From sequence record PP496443.1: a DNA stretch of 64,000 nt. The stretch is one strand, 5' to 3'. A model generated the notes under the pieces. It saw only the letters and a program-made list of their open reading frames with translations. It was not told where the DNA came from and made no database searches. Of this stretch, positions 18,765 to 28,226 are shown in pieces. A program made the position numbers and the translations under genes. Each line of letters opens with the position of its first letter. The first letter of the stretch is position 1.

Positions 18765-21551
18765 TTAGGTAAAGTCTTTCTGTGCCAGCACCAGTGGAAC
18801 GCCGACAGTATCCAGTGCTATCTGTGTGAACTCCTTCAATTCTGATCTGGTAAGCTTCCGGCTCAGCATCACCCCATCGTGCTCTTGTGCTACCACGATG
18901 TCTTTGTGTCGCATGTTGAACTCTATCATCACCGCTTGCTCCATACCGCAGGTGATGAAGTGCAGCAGCTTCGACTTCTCCTTTTGTGTCGTCCACCCAT
19001 TCAGCAGCTTGTCCGTGTAGAAGAATGCAACGGACCCCAGAGCATTGCGTACGCTCACTGCGCTGGCGGTAGCATTGTCTGGATCAAGCCCCGCATCCTT
19101 GATTGATCTGGACAGCGACTTGTACAGGAAGTAGTTCTGCTTGGCGATCAGGTCTCGATTGACCGGCAGCTTGACGTGTTCAGTTACCTTGTAGTCCGGG
19201 TGTACAAGGATCATGCTGGGCAGTGCCTGCATCGTCCTGATCACGGGGAAGATCAACCGGTTGGTGGTGTAGATCAAAGCGATTGCCAGCTCCATCATCT
19301 TAATCTTGAGGGCTTGCACGTGGCTCTCGTTCAACTCCAGTTCAATCGGTGCAACCAGACCACGGATCAGTTTGTCTATGGTGTCGGGCACCACGGAAGA
19401 TTTCAGGATGGACTCATGCGATGTCTTGAGGCTGGACCCGTACATGACAGAGAGGAACATCAGCTTACAGACTCCGTCGATAACCCGGATGAACTCCTTC
19501 TCCTTGCGCCACGTCTGGCCGAGCGTTTCCCCCGCGCTTTTCCATACCTGATGCAGCGCCAGTCGGTCATTCCATCTTGACTCACTTCCAGACCACTTGG
19601 GTGATCCGAACACCCCAGCTCTCCATGGGTTCCGTACCATGACCAGCGCCGACTCCAGCAGGCCTTTGAATCCGGAGTCTTCCATCTCAGTCAGCACATG
19701 ATCCGTCCACGTCTTGGATTCGTACATGCCGAAGATGGTCAACGCGCTGTCCACGTCCCGGTCCGTGAGAAACACCTTCCCGTATTCGTCTATCGTCTCA
19801 ACCAGTTCCTTGCGATACCTCTTAACCAGCCCACCGATCAACATCGGGTGGCAAGACTTGACATCGTAGTTGACGTATCCACTCTTGGTGAGGATCACCT
19901 GCTTGAGTTGGTTGGGCAGCGAACCAAAGCCCACCGGGGAGTTTATCCGGGGCGAGCGCAAGGTGGTGAAGTGATGTGCACGGTGCATGACGATCTGGTT
20001 GTGGCGGTCGCTGCTCCCTTGCTGGCAACCCAAGTTCTCCGGGTTGATCATGCGGGCCAGCGTGCGGAAGGCCCCGGAGGATATAGCTTCACCTGAGGTG
20101 TGGTGCATCCAGCTAAGCTCCGCAAGCAGGTCATTGACGGGTAGGCGTACGCTCTTGGTGGACAGCATGCGGATGTAGGACTTCACGTTGACCGGGACAA
20201 CGGGCCGGGTCGAAAGGTTTATGTTGTCGCTGATCTCCTTGTACGTCGGGTTGTTCACCACACAAGATTGCACCATGGAGACACGGCGTAACATCGTGCA
20301 CGCCTTGATCGGCACGTTCTTATCATGGAACATGTACAGCTTGCCCGGCTGGCCGGTCAGGTTATCGTTCGCCACCAGAGACTCACCGTAGGGCAGCTGA
20401 GAACTGAATACCATAACAGCCTGCCCTCGTTCCGCGAACGCGTAGATCGCATTGGGCAGTACCCGGTTGCTACCCTTCAGATTGGTTAGCCAGCGGCCCA
20501 GCGGTTTAACGTCACGAGGCCGGCCCATCAAACGCCCATGCAGGTAGGCATCAACCTTATCCATGTACGAGTCAACGAACTGTGTGACCACGGGACCAGG
20601 TTCGAACGTGAACGTCTTGTGCTTCCAGTAGTCTGCCTCCGTGGTCACGGCCATCAGCCCCATGGTCTCCAGCACAGCGCGCACGGTGTCCCAGTGATAC
20701 GTCATCTGACCTTTCTTCGATCCTTCGATGTTTCGCCAGTTGATCAGGTTGTTGAACCTCTTTTCACCTTGATGCGAGCCGAGCCCGTAGCCTTCCTTGA
20801 CCTGATCCTTCTTGATCGCGAACTGGGTATCGTGGCTGTGATCCAGATCAACATGCAGGAACCGGGATACAGACCGAGCATGGTTCAGTTCCATGGGGAA
20901 CGCCAGCTTGTTGGTCAGGTCCTTGGGGTTGAACGCAGGGTTCCATTGAAAGCCGTCCTTCGAGGTTCCCTTGTGCACGGCGGACACCAGATGTCGGGCC
21001 ATTGAGTCGCGGGAGTCGAAGTGGCCTTTGTCGTTCACCTTATCCAGCAGCATGGGGTACGCCACGACAAGGCGAGCGATCAGGAAGGCAAAGCAGTAGG
21101 CAGCAGACGGGCCGGGCGCACAGTTGCGCTCCGCCATCTTCTGGAGGAATGTCTCGTACTGATCAAGGATGAAGTAGCCCAGACCGGGGGTGACGGCTAC
21201 CGGCAGGCCAACGACGCGGCTGTCCAGCCAGCTCTTGCCACTGGGGTACAGGTTGTGCTTGGGGTTCAGCGAAGGTTCAACCACCATCATCCGCACATAG
21301 GGGACGTAGGACTGCACCCATTCAACGTTGGATTGATCTTTAGCTTCGGGGAAGTCACGGGTTACCTTTCCCACTTTGGCAATGAGATCAGTATTGAACC
21401 GCCCTACATCCTTGACCTCGGGGGCCAGCGTAGGGTTCAACCGGGCGGTAGCCTTGATGATGGGTACTTGGTCATACACTGGATACAAGTCTAGGGGCTT
21501 GGACAGTATGCCTGCATATTCCTTTTCCGAGAGTGGGGTGTAATCAGCCAT
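18765..21551 (-). CDS. Highly divergent family-A (PolA/T7 RNAP superfamily) polymerase-fold protein
   Basis: C-terminal motif A (YVNYDVKSCHPMLI), motif B (KLMFLSVMYG) and motif C (VAQEHDGVML) in correct order, preceded by PRINS...LP. No recognisable 3'-5' exonuclease motifs. Confidence 0.65.
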   Translation of the reverse strand: MADYTPLSEKEYAGILSKPLDLYPVYDQVPIIKATARLNPTLAPEVKDVGRFNTDLIAKVGKVTRDFPEAKDQSNVEWVQSYVPYVRMMVVEPSLNPKHNLYPSGKSWLDSRVVGLPVAVTPGLGYFILDQYETFLQKMAERNCAPGPSAAYCFAFLIARLVVAYPMLLDKVNDKGHFDSRDSMARHLVSAVHKGTSKDGFQWNPAFNPKDLTNKLAFPMELNHARSVSRFLHVDLDHSHDTQFAIKKDQVKEGYGLGSHQGEKRFNNLINWRNIEGSKKGQMTYHWDTVRAVLETMGLMAVTTEADYWKHKTFTFEPGPVVTQFVDSYMDKVDAYLHGRLMGRPRDVKPLGRWLTNLKGSNRVLPNAIYAFAERGQAVMVFSSQLPYGESLVANDNLTGQPGKLYMFHDKNVPIKACTMLRRVSMVQSCVVNNPTYKEISDNINLSTRPVVPVNVKSYIRMLSTKSVRLPVNDLLAELSWMHHTSGEAISSGAFRTLARMINPENLGCQQGSSDRHNQIVMHRAHHFTTLRSPRINSPVGFGSLPNQLKQVILTKSGYVNYDVKSCHPMLIGGLVKRYRKELVETIDEYGKVFLTDRDVDSALTIFGMYESKTWTDHVLTEMEDSGFKGLLESALVMVRNPWRAGVFGSPKWSGSESRWNDRLALHQVWKSAGETLGQTWRKEKEFIRVIDGVCKLMFLSVMYGSSLKTSHESILKSSVVPDTIDKLIRGLVAPIELELNESHVQALKIKMMELAIALIYTTNRLIFPVIRTMQALPSMILVHPDYKVTEHVKLPVNRDLIAKQNYFLYKSLSRSIKDAGLDPDNATASAVSVRNALGSVAFFYTDKLLNGWTTQKEKSKLLHFITCGMEQAVMIEFNMRHKDIVVAQEHDGVMLSRKLTRSELKEFTQIALDTVGVPLVLAQKDFT

Positions 21552-21600
21552 TGGATAGCTCGCGTATTACCGGAGTGAATGGAATTGGACGTTATCAGCC

Positions 21601-21608
21601 CATTTACC
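21601..21608 (-). promoter_or_regulatory. GGTAAATG box upstream of the polymerase-like gene
   Basis: CATTTACC on the plus strand, 50 nt upstream of the start. Confidence 0.5.
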
Positions 21609-21823
21609 AGACTATATACAGAGTATCTTATGGGGGTTAAAAAGGACCATCTTGCAATTATTTGGGTCATTAATTCCCTTTCATACCCTAAACCTCTATC
21701 TGTGAATACGGGGGTAGTTAGCCCTAGATACATCCCTATTACCTGTGTATATTGCCCATGTAGACTCTATTCCCCTATCGGGAAGTATAACCTCGAAAAA
21801 GGTTCCTAGCTTGCATGGGCTGG

Positions 21824-21847
21824 CCCACCCACCCCCGTGGCCCACCC
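21824..21847 (-). other. Canonical G-quadruplex-forming sequence
   Basis: Minus strand reads GGG-T-GGG-CCAC-GGGGG-T-GGG-T-GGG. Confidence 0.65.
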
Positions 21848-22048
21848 GACCGCCCGGTTAAGGCCATACCTAGGGATTCCTTTCTCCCAGAGGGACCCCC
21901 AGCCGCCCATCCTTCCCCTGCTCCTCCCTTTCCTTCATCATCTACACCCACCCAGCTATTGACTTACCATCTAGTGATCCTCCTTCCTCCAGCTTCTACA
22001 TAGGCAGTTAGTTTCCCCATGCCTCTAAGTCCCTACGCTTCATCATGC

Positions 22049-22099
22049 ACTTATGCTCTGTAGTACTGATTCCCCCACATGCCCGTGACTTATGCTCTG
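22049..22099 (+). repeat. 12-bp direct repeat ACTTATGCTCTG (iteron-like)
   Basis: Copies at 22049-22060 and 22088-22099, each followed shortly by ATTCCC. Confidence 0.6.
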
Positions 22100-22338
22100 G
22101 TGTCAGTATTCCCAGCCTCCCAGGTGAAAAGGGTGACCCGGCTTCCTGCTATGGGTATGGGGTTGTCCGGGGAATAGCGCCCGTGAATAGGGCTTCCAGG
22201 CGTGCGATATGGGGAGTTTTTCGGGGATGGATGAGTCAGTATGGCGGGGAATGGGGAATGTAGCGCCTGCGAGCTTGTAGGAGCCCGTGGTTATTGACTG
22301 GATATGCGGGACTGGGGCGGGGGTTTCCTGCGGAGGTG

Positions 22339-22372
22339 AAAAAGCCCGCACGGCTTGGGACCGATACGGGCT
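22339..22372 (-). terminator. Intrinsic terminator
   Basis: GCCCG...CGGGC stem followed by TTTTT on the minus strand, just after the 22379 stop. Confidence 0.65.
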
Positions 22373-22378
22373 CTGGTA

Positions 22379-22669
22379 TTACTTGACGTACTCGGGATGT
22401 CTCACTTGCGGGTGACACACGAAGTCAATGGACTGCACGGGTAAGATGAGTGGCACCGTACCCTTATACTTGCGGATCAGCTGGGCGTATATCTCACCGT
22501 CCCACTTGCCCAGCTCATTCGCTTGACTAACTCTCTCATCTAGGGAGAGCCGGGTTGCCGCTGACCAGCAGTCTGACTTGGCTGTGGGTCCGTCGAACGT
22601 CTGGATCGGCGTGTAGCCGTTGTGCAACGCGGTGAAGACCGCGAGCATCAGGAAGTAACCCGTGTTCAT
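22379..22669 (-). CDS. Small hypothetical protein with hydrophobic N-terminus
   Basis: 96 aa; start overlaps the upstream stop. Confidence 0.55.
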   Translation of the reverse strand: MNTGYFLMLAVFTALHNGYTPIQTFDGPTAKSDCWSAATRLSLDERVSQANELGKWDGEIYAQLIRKYKGTVPLILPVQSIDFVCHPQVRHPEYVK

Positions 22670-23505
22670 TTTAGTATCTCGATAGGTGGCTTCTTGGCGT
22701 TGGGGTTCGGACGGGGTTTACTGTCAGGGTTCAGGGTCGCCGGTTCCCTCCATTCGTACCTCGCCGGTCTTTCCTCTGTGCCCACGGTGTCGTCACCCGG
22801 CAATTCATCTATCAGCTTGTAGTAGCCAGTGGCCTGATCAATCGTGGGTTCCACATAGATCTTGGTGTGGATGGCCCCTTGCCTACTGACACATAACCTG
22901 CGAATGACCGGGTGTTCCTTAGTGCCGAACCTCGGCCCTCCAACCAGACTGGCTGTGTAATACGTCGGCCCCTCCGGTGGAATCTCTACGTATGTGCCGG
23001 GTACGTTCCCGTGATATAGCGGGGGATTAGTCTGCGTGCTGCCCGGCGTCACCGCATCTGGTCCGTCCGGCGTGCCTTTCATCTTCATGCGATACACGCG
23101 GATCATCTCATGCAGTTCGCCGCCCGGCTTTAACGCATCTGGGTCATCCGCGTGAATGAAGGCCAGCATGTCGATAGCGTCTACTTCAAAGCCTATCGCC
23201 TCAAACGGGATCAGCTGGAACTCCTGATACACGCCGGGGATCGGATCTTGCGGTCGGTACAACGCGACCACTCTTCCTTTGCCCGGCTCGACGCCGAGTA
23301 CGCTTTCGTCTCGACCCACCCACATCTCACGTGATCCCGGCACACTAGCTGGCACGTGTTCGATAGTACCTTTCGGGTAGTGCGCGTTGAACGTGGCAGT
23401 GAAGCACCGCAGGTTGCCCTTGTAGCAGCGGAACGGTTTGGTCTCTCTGGCGTGGCGGGTCAGTGGGTTGCTCAATGGTGTAGATTGTTTGACGATCAGG
23501 CTCAT
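22666..23505 (-). CDS. Hypothetical protein (Pro-rich)
   Basis: 279 aa, GAGGA RBS. Confidence 0.6.
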   Translation of the reverse strand: MSLIVKQSTPLSNPLTRHARETKPFRCYKGNLRCFTATFNAHYPKGTIEHVPASVPGSREMWVGRDESVLGVEPGKGRVVALYRPQDPIPGVYQEFQLIPFEAIGFEVDAIDMLAFIHADDPDALKPGGELHEMIRVYRMKMKGTPDGPDAVTPGSTQTNPPLYHGNVPGTYVEIPPEGPTYYTASLVGGPRFGTKEHPVIRRLCVSRQGAIHTKIYVEPTIDQATGYYKLIDELPGDDTVGTEERPARYEWREPATLNPDSKPRPNPNAKKPPIEILK

Positions 23506-23541
23506 GGTGTATGTTCCTCTTCGGGGTAGTGGGTGCTGCGG

Positions 23542-23874
23542 TTAGTCGTTGAACTCTGCTGGATCGAAGCCGAAACGTTCGCACCAGTCCCGGCGGCGCT
23601 CTACAATTTCACGTGCCTGCTCTTTGGAGTAGATGGCACAGCGGATCAGATCACGGATATCCCCCATGCGCTTCCACATGTGGAACCCTTGATAGAAATC
23701 ATCAAGTGCCTGCGTGTGTTCCTTGATCAGCGACGTGATGTGGAAAGACGGTTGGGTCAGCTTCATCAGCTCGGCGTGGTCTTTCGCGAACTGGGCCAGC
23801 TTGTTGCTCACCCAGATGTCGGCTTTGACTTGCAGCAGGGCGTAGTTGGTGTCAGTGTTCATGGTGTACCTCAT
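23542..23874 (-). CDS. Hypothetical protein
   Basis: 110 aa in the minus-strand run. Confidence 0.6.
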   Translation of the reverse strand: MRYTMNTDTNYALLQVKADIWVSNKLAQFAKDHAELMKLTQPSFHITSLIKEHTQALDDFYQGFHMWKRMGDIRDLIRCAIYSKEQAREIVERRRDWCERFGFDPAEFND

Positions 23875-23886
23875 TGGGGTAGTGGA

Positions 23887-24420
23887 TTATTTCTTCATGC
23901 CTTGGCGCACGAACGTGAGTGGTTCGAAGGGTGGTCTCTCAAACCACGATACGGGGTTTGCTCTCTCCAATCCGGCACGCCACCCCAGATAAAAACTGGC
24001 GGTGACGATGGACTGACGACGGTTAGTTATCTCGATCCTTCCAGTTGCCATCAGCGTCTTGATGTCCACGAAACCCGTACGCTCGACCTCGATGTCAACT
24101 TTGCTCCAGTGCTCCTTCGTCTTAGCGAAGTCGGATACAGCTTTCGGTTTGAACAATTTCTTGTCGGTGAAATACACGACGGGGTTGGTGATCTTACCCA
24201 GTGCACGATCTGAGCGGCTGGTGTGATACCAAGCCTCATGAACTACGCTGGCAATGTCTCCCACCCCGATACGCGCAGCCAGGCATTGCCATACGGTCGG
24301 GGCAAAGCACACACGCAGCGTCTCAGCGCATTCGTCGCGGTTCCTGCCGATTGGCACCTTGGCCTTCAGGATGACGTGCTTGCCTAGATCTTTCACGGAC
24401 ACGTGATAAAAGCGGGGCAT
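23887..24420 (-). CDS. Putative ADP-ribosyltransferase-fold protein
   Basis: N-terminal FYHVS strand, then RVCFAPTVWQCL and a late EHW, resembling phage ART-like families. First gene behind a sigma70 promoter. Confidence 0.4.
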   Translation of the reverse strand: MPRFYHVSVKDLGKHVILKAKVPIGRNRDECAETLRVCFAPTVWQCLAARIGVGDIASVVHEAWYHTSRSDRALGKITNPVVYFTDKKLFKPKAVSDFAKTKEHWSKVDIEVERTGFVDIKTLMATGRIEITNRRQSIVTASFYLGWRAGLERANPVSWFERPPFEPLTFVRQGMKK

Positions 24421-24467
24421 GGTGTGGCTTCCTATTGGACAGTGGGGCGGCAGTGTGCCGCACGTGC

Positions 24468-24497
24468 ATGATATCAGATGGGAACCATGGGTGTCAA
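24468..24497 (-). promoter_or_regulatory. Sigma70-type promoter
   Basis: TTGACA-N18-TATCAT with a TG extended -10, on the minus strand. Confidence 0.65.
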
Positions 24498-24516
24498 CAC
24501 CCGACCGACGCAGGTG

Positions 24517-24550
24517 AAAAAGCCCACGCAGCGGCTAGGCAGGTGGGCTT
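24517..24550 (-). terminator. Intrinsic terminator
   Basis: AAGCCCAC...GTGGGCTTTTT on the minus strand. Confidence 0.7.
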
Positions 24551-24554
24551 GAGG

Positions 24555-24845
24555 TCAAACGAGCTTCAATACTGGCCTTGGTTTTTCACCTACGTCAACG
24601 GACGCATGTAGTTCCAGATCAAGTGCGAGCCGTATTAAGTCCGAGTAGGGCTCTCGTGAGTGTGCCCAAACGTCTGGCAGTGTCGTGCGGTAGACGTGGA
24701 CAACCGTGTGCAGCTCTTCCTTGGCGTAAACACCTGCCCGCATCAACTGAGTAACCCGTGCACGCACCTTGGGTGTGATCCACGTGATCAGATCCTCATA
24801 CGTTCCGGTCCAGATCATCACCTGATGATTAACGCGCTTCGCCAC
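24555..24845 (-). CDS. Hypothetical protein
   Basis: 96 aa, ends at a terminator. Confidence 0.6.
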   Translation of the reverse strand: MAKRVNHQVMIWTGTYEDLITWITPKVRARVTQLMRAGVYAKEELHTVVHVYRTTLPDVWAHSREPYSDLIRLALDLELHASVDVGEKPRPVLKLV

Positions 24846-25170
24846 TGGACACCTCTTTGTTGGTCAGTATCCAGCCGATGCTCAGGACCAGACGTGGCCC
24901 ATGGCACATAACCCTGTGTCGGTTGATGTCAGGACGGAACAGGTTGAAGCGACCCTTGATCACGGCTTCTGGGCATTGGAACGCGGACGTTGATCCCTTG
25001 AGCACGATGTTCAGACGCCAGTGCCGTTTACCTTCCACTGGATCAACGTGCCACGCGATGCCTTGCTTGTCCATGTACCGGATCAGATAACAATCACCAG
25101 AGCGCCATTGGAACAGCAGCATCTTGCGGTATTGCCCGGCACGACCTTGAACCCACTTGGGCCAGTTCAT
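24829..25170 (-). CDS. Hypothetical protein
   Basis: 113 aa, ATGA-coupled. Confidence 0.55.
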   Translation of the reverse strand: MNWPKWVQGRAGQYRKMLLFQWRSGDCYLIRYMDKQGIAWHVDPVEGKRHWRLNIVLKGSTSAFQCPEAVIKGRFNLFRPDINRHRVMCHGPRLVLSIGWILTNKEVSSGEAR

Positions 25171-25499
25171 TCCGAAGACTCCGCCAGTGGCTTTCCTGAT
25201 ACAACAAACCAGAAGCCGCTTTCCTCATCCACTTCGAACTCAGTCAGCGTGCCTTTGCTATTGGTCAGTAGAGAGACTCTACGAATAAGGTTAGTACGAT
25301 CGAAGAACACCTTAAGATAAGGCCCGTTATTGTCCGTGATCAACATAGGCCTGTCATAGTCGAACGGGATTATCACACCTGAAAGGGCGGAGCCTACATG
25401 AAGAGGGTAATGCTCAGGACCTTTATAGTCCTCGGGAGGATTGGTAGTTTCTTCAGGTACGTAGTAACCGAATCTACCTTTAACTACCTTGATTGACAT
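25167..25499 (-). CDS. Hypothetical protein (110 aa, MSIKVVKG...)
   Basis: Start re-called to the ATG at 25499 with a GGAGG RBS. Confidence 0.55.
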   Translation of the reverse strand: MSIKVVKGRFGYYVPEETTNPPEDYKGPEHYPLHVGSALSGVIIPFDYDRPMLITDNNGPYLKVFFDRTNLIRRVSLLTNSKGTLTEFEVDEESGFWFVVSGKPLAESSE

Positions 25500-25824
25500 T
25501 ACCGCCTCCGGATACTGACTCGATGGCAATGATCTCTGCACCGATGAGCAGGCTCTTCAGCCATTCTTCACCACGTTCCTCTTCGTCCTCGATTCGGACG
25601 TCTCCCATCATAATGAATGGGCAGTCATTGTGCGTCTCGAGCTTGTCAAAGACTGTGTTTACGGCGGCGTCGATAACATCCCAGCCAGTACAATTGCCGC
25701 CGATCTTCACTTCCATGACGGCGCGAAGCAATCCCGATGCGAAGGTCAATATAACGGTTTGGGTAACCTTGCCGCCGAACATTGCGAGAAAAGATCCGAG
25801 CTGTTCGTGATCATAGTTCAACAT
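25480..25824 (-). CDS. Hypothetical protein
   Basis: 114 aa, coupled to the GNAT gene. Confidence 0.55.
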   Translation of the reverse strand: MLNYDHEQLGSFLAMFGGKVTQTVILTFASGLLRAVMEVKIGGNCTGWDVIDAAVNTVFDKLETHNDCPFIMMGDVRIEDEEERGEEWLKSLLIGAEIIAIESVSGGGNVNQGS

Positions 25825-26648
25825 TAGTCTGTCCTCTTGATATTACCGGGTAGGGTGTAGGACCACGGCTTGACATAATCTGCCGGGCGGGTGTAGCCTA
25901 TCAGGTCTTCACCTTCGTAGGGGCCGTGCTTCCACGGGTCAGTAATCTCTGCGCGTTCAAACCCGATGGACTCGTATAGCTTGATCGCACCTTCGTTGTC
26001 CGGGTCCACGTTGAGATGGTGGGGCAAACCTTGGGTCAGTTCCCAAGACAGCAGGAATTCTAGCATGCCTGTGGCAACACCGCGACGGCGGTAATCAGGG
26101 TCAACGCTGATCTCCTTGACAAAGCACGCGTCCACCTTCTCGCTGTCCTCGTCTTCTTTGAACATCACAACGTCCATCAGCCCAACGACCTTGTTGTGCG
26201 CGGTCACGGTCACCCGTACCTCTTCCTGATCCGGCATATCCCCGCTCCAGCCATTCCATCGGGCCATGGTCACCGTGTACAGATGGTGTTGCCCGTCGTG
26301 CTTGGGGCCGTGCACCTGATGCAGTGCACGTGCATTCTTCAACTCCATCTTGGCGCCGGGCTTGATGACCGGGAATTCCAGATGCTTGATTTCCTTTTCA
26401 AGCATGATACCAATCTCGGAGTCTTTCGCTTTCTTGTCTTTGATGGTGGCTCGGTACACTGTGTCTGTGTCCGTGTTGTAAACACCCACCTTATCCGTCA
26501 TCACCGTAATAGACGGCACAGCGGACCAGATGTACTCTTTGCAATGAGCTTTATCCGGGAATGCGAAGCCAACGGACTTGCCGTCTACAATGACCAGCCA
26601 CGGGCAATGGCCGGGATGCGGAAACCGAAGGATCTTTTGTGTGGGCAT
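25824..26648 (-). CDS. GNAT (RimI-like) acetyltransferase with N-terminal extra domain
   Basis: Acetyl-CoA motif A VKEISVDPDYRRRGVATGML and motif B LNVDPDNEGAIKLYESIGF. Confidence 0.9.
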   Translation of the reverse strand: MPTQKILRFPHPGHCPWLVIVDGKSVGFAFPDKAHCKEYIWSAVPSITVMTDKVGVYNTDTDTVYRATIKDKKAKDSEIGIMLEKEIKHLEFPVIKPGAKMELKNARALHQVHGPKHDGQHHLYTVTMARWNGWSGDMPDQEEVRVTVTAHNKVVGLMDVVMFKEDEDSEKVDACFVKEISVDPDYRRRGVATGMLEFLLSWELTQGLPHHLNVDPDNEGAIKLYESIGFERAEITDPWKHGPYEGEDLIGYTRPADYVKPWSYTLPGNIKRTD

Positions 26649-26653
26649 GACAC

Positions 26654-26986
26654 TTACCTCGAAGGGGCAGGGGATTTGATTGGTGTCACCCGCTTAAGAC
26701 CGGTCGAACTGGCATTAAGACGTGGGACCGGGTTGATGGTCATCTTGGTCAACGGTGTCAATCCCAGCACACGGACTACTTCTTCCGGCAGCTCGGCACG
26801 CGTCCACACAACTACGTCTGGAGACACAGTGGACATCACGTAGATGGGCAAGTCATTGATCGCCCGTGCTTCCACTCGGTGCACGGTCTTCAGCCGGTCC
26901 AGTGCTTCTTTGGTCAGAAAGGTGGTGAGTGACTCGACGCTACCCATCCAGGTCATGATGGGGATGTTGCGACTAGTAGAATTCAT
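26654..26986 (-). CDS. Hypothetical protein
   Basis: 110 aa, ATGA-coupled. Confidence 0.55.
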   Translation of the reverse strand: MNSTSRNIPIMTWMGSVESLTTFLTKEALDRLKTVHRVEARAINDLPIYVMSTVSPDVVVWTRAELPEEVVRVLGLTPLTKMTINPVPRLNASSTGLKRVTPIKSPAPSR

Positions 26987-27192
26987 TGTTCAATCCCTTG
27001 ATCGAGTGGAGTTTCAAGTCTGGCGATAACCGAGTTCAACCAGATGATGCGGTTGTTGTAGCGCTGTTTCAGACGGCCTACCGGTGGATTATTCCCTTGC
27101 AGCACCCCGCACATTCTTTGCAGCTCAAGGCGAAGGGAAGCAATAGCCTGCTCGACGTGATTGCGGTCAGGATTAGAGTTCTCAGTGCTCAT
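26983..27192 (-). CDS. Small coiled-coil hypothetical protein
   Basis: 69 aa, AGGA RBS. Confidence 0.55.
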   Translation of the reverse strand: MSTENSNPDRNHVEQAIASLRLELQRMCGVLQGNNPPVGRLKQRYNNRIIWLNSVIARLETPLDQGIEQ

Positions 27193-27206
27193 GTATCTTT
27201 CCTTTA

Positions 27207-27548
27207 TTACGGTTGGGTCAATGCAGATTCAAGTTTCTTGTAGCATGCTGCGACGATGCCTCTGGACATGCGGTCAGCCGCCCAAGAGTTTTGTAGCAGC
27301 AAGTGACTGTAGTGGAACAGATCACCTTGGAGCAACAAGTCGGACAGCTCCATCCGGTTGGCCAGATGAATAGAATAGTCCTCGTCTGCCAGATCCGCCA
27401 CCTTCGGACCCCACGTGGCAATCACAGCATCGAGATTGGTTGGAACGACGGCCAGTGTCAGCACCGTCTCTCCCTTCACAACACGCAGTCCCGCCAGCGT
27501 CTTGCTCACATACCGTTCAATGGTGATGCTCATATCAGATGTCCGCAA
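27207..27548 (-). CDS. Hypothetical protein
   Basis: 113 aa in the operon; start uncertain. Confidence 0.55.
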   Translation of the reverse strand: MRTSDMSITIERYVSKTLAGLRVVKGETVLTLAVVPTNLDAVIATWGPKVADLADEDYSIHLANRMELSDLLLQGDLFHYSHLLLQNSWAADRMSRGIVAACYKKLESALTQP

Positions 27549-28164
27549 TGATCTTCAGGATGAACGAACGTGCTGCTTCGTTCAGTGTCTCGATACCCTC
27601 CAGTGCTTTCTTCTTGGCTGGCTTATACGGTGACAGACGTTGCTCGTCTACGTGTTCTATTGCACCGTCATAGTCGAAGTCGATGAACTCTGCTGACAGC
27701 AACCAATAGGCACACGCACGAGACGCAGCGAAGTGGAACTCCAAGAGTCCAGCAGGGTATTCTCTCATAACACCCTGACCCTCATCATCGTGAAGACAGT
27801 ACAGAGTATTGTAATCTTTGGGGCCGCCGGTGGTGAACTGGAAGGTGCGTTCCCCGATGTCCATCTTTTCGAACTCGGCAAAATCTGCTTCGTTGAACGG
27901 CCAGTCAACGGCCTCGATGGATTGAACGACGCCACCTATAGTCCAAGTATAGGTTATTATTGGCGAGTCACCCATCTTATTTATGCTGCCCTTGGAAACG
28001 GTCAGGACAGATACGTCTGGGTGCTGCATGGTCAGGAACAGGTTGCCGGTTTGCACATGAGACGGAACAAGTCCGATCTGCATGGCACGCTGATATTCGT
28101 GGCGGCAGTCCAACCTGATGTGCAGTTTCGGTTTGGGTTTGCGTACCGGGGCCTTAGGTGGCAT
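27535..28164 (-). CDS. Hypothetical protein
   Basis: 209 aa, GAGGA RBS, GTAAATG box upstream. Confidence 0.65.
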   Translation of the reverse strand: MPPKAPVRKPKPKLHIRLDCRHEYQRAMQIGLVPSHVQTGNLFLTMQHPDVSVLTVSKGSINKMGDSPIITYTWTIGGVVQSIEAVDWPFNEADFAEFEKMDIGERTFQFTTGGPKDYNTLYCLHDDEGQGVMREYPAGLLEFHFAASRACAYWLLSAEFIDFDYDGAIEHVDEQRLSPYKPAKKKALEGIETLNEAARSFILKIIADI

Positions 28165-28226
28165 GGTGTCTTCCTCGTTGGGTCAGTGGGCGGCGGCTTA
28201 GTGGCGCCGTGCTACCAGTATGGACT

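Larger units (their letters stand above)
21552..22378. other. ~830-bp non-coding island with AT-rich, C-rich and G-rich segments (candidate replication origin/control region)
   Basis: No credible ORF; purine/pyrimidine and G/C skew flip near 22125; flanked by a promoter box and a terminator. Confidence 0.5.

Noticed and set aside
21579-22418. Short ORFs in the island (21579..21809, 21815..22003, 22045..22263, 22103..22351, 22236..22418)
   Set aside because: Low-complexity Pro/Gly translations, no RBS, atypical codon use and mutual overlap. Treated as non-coding.
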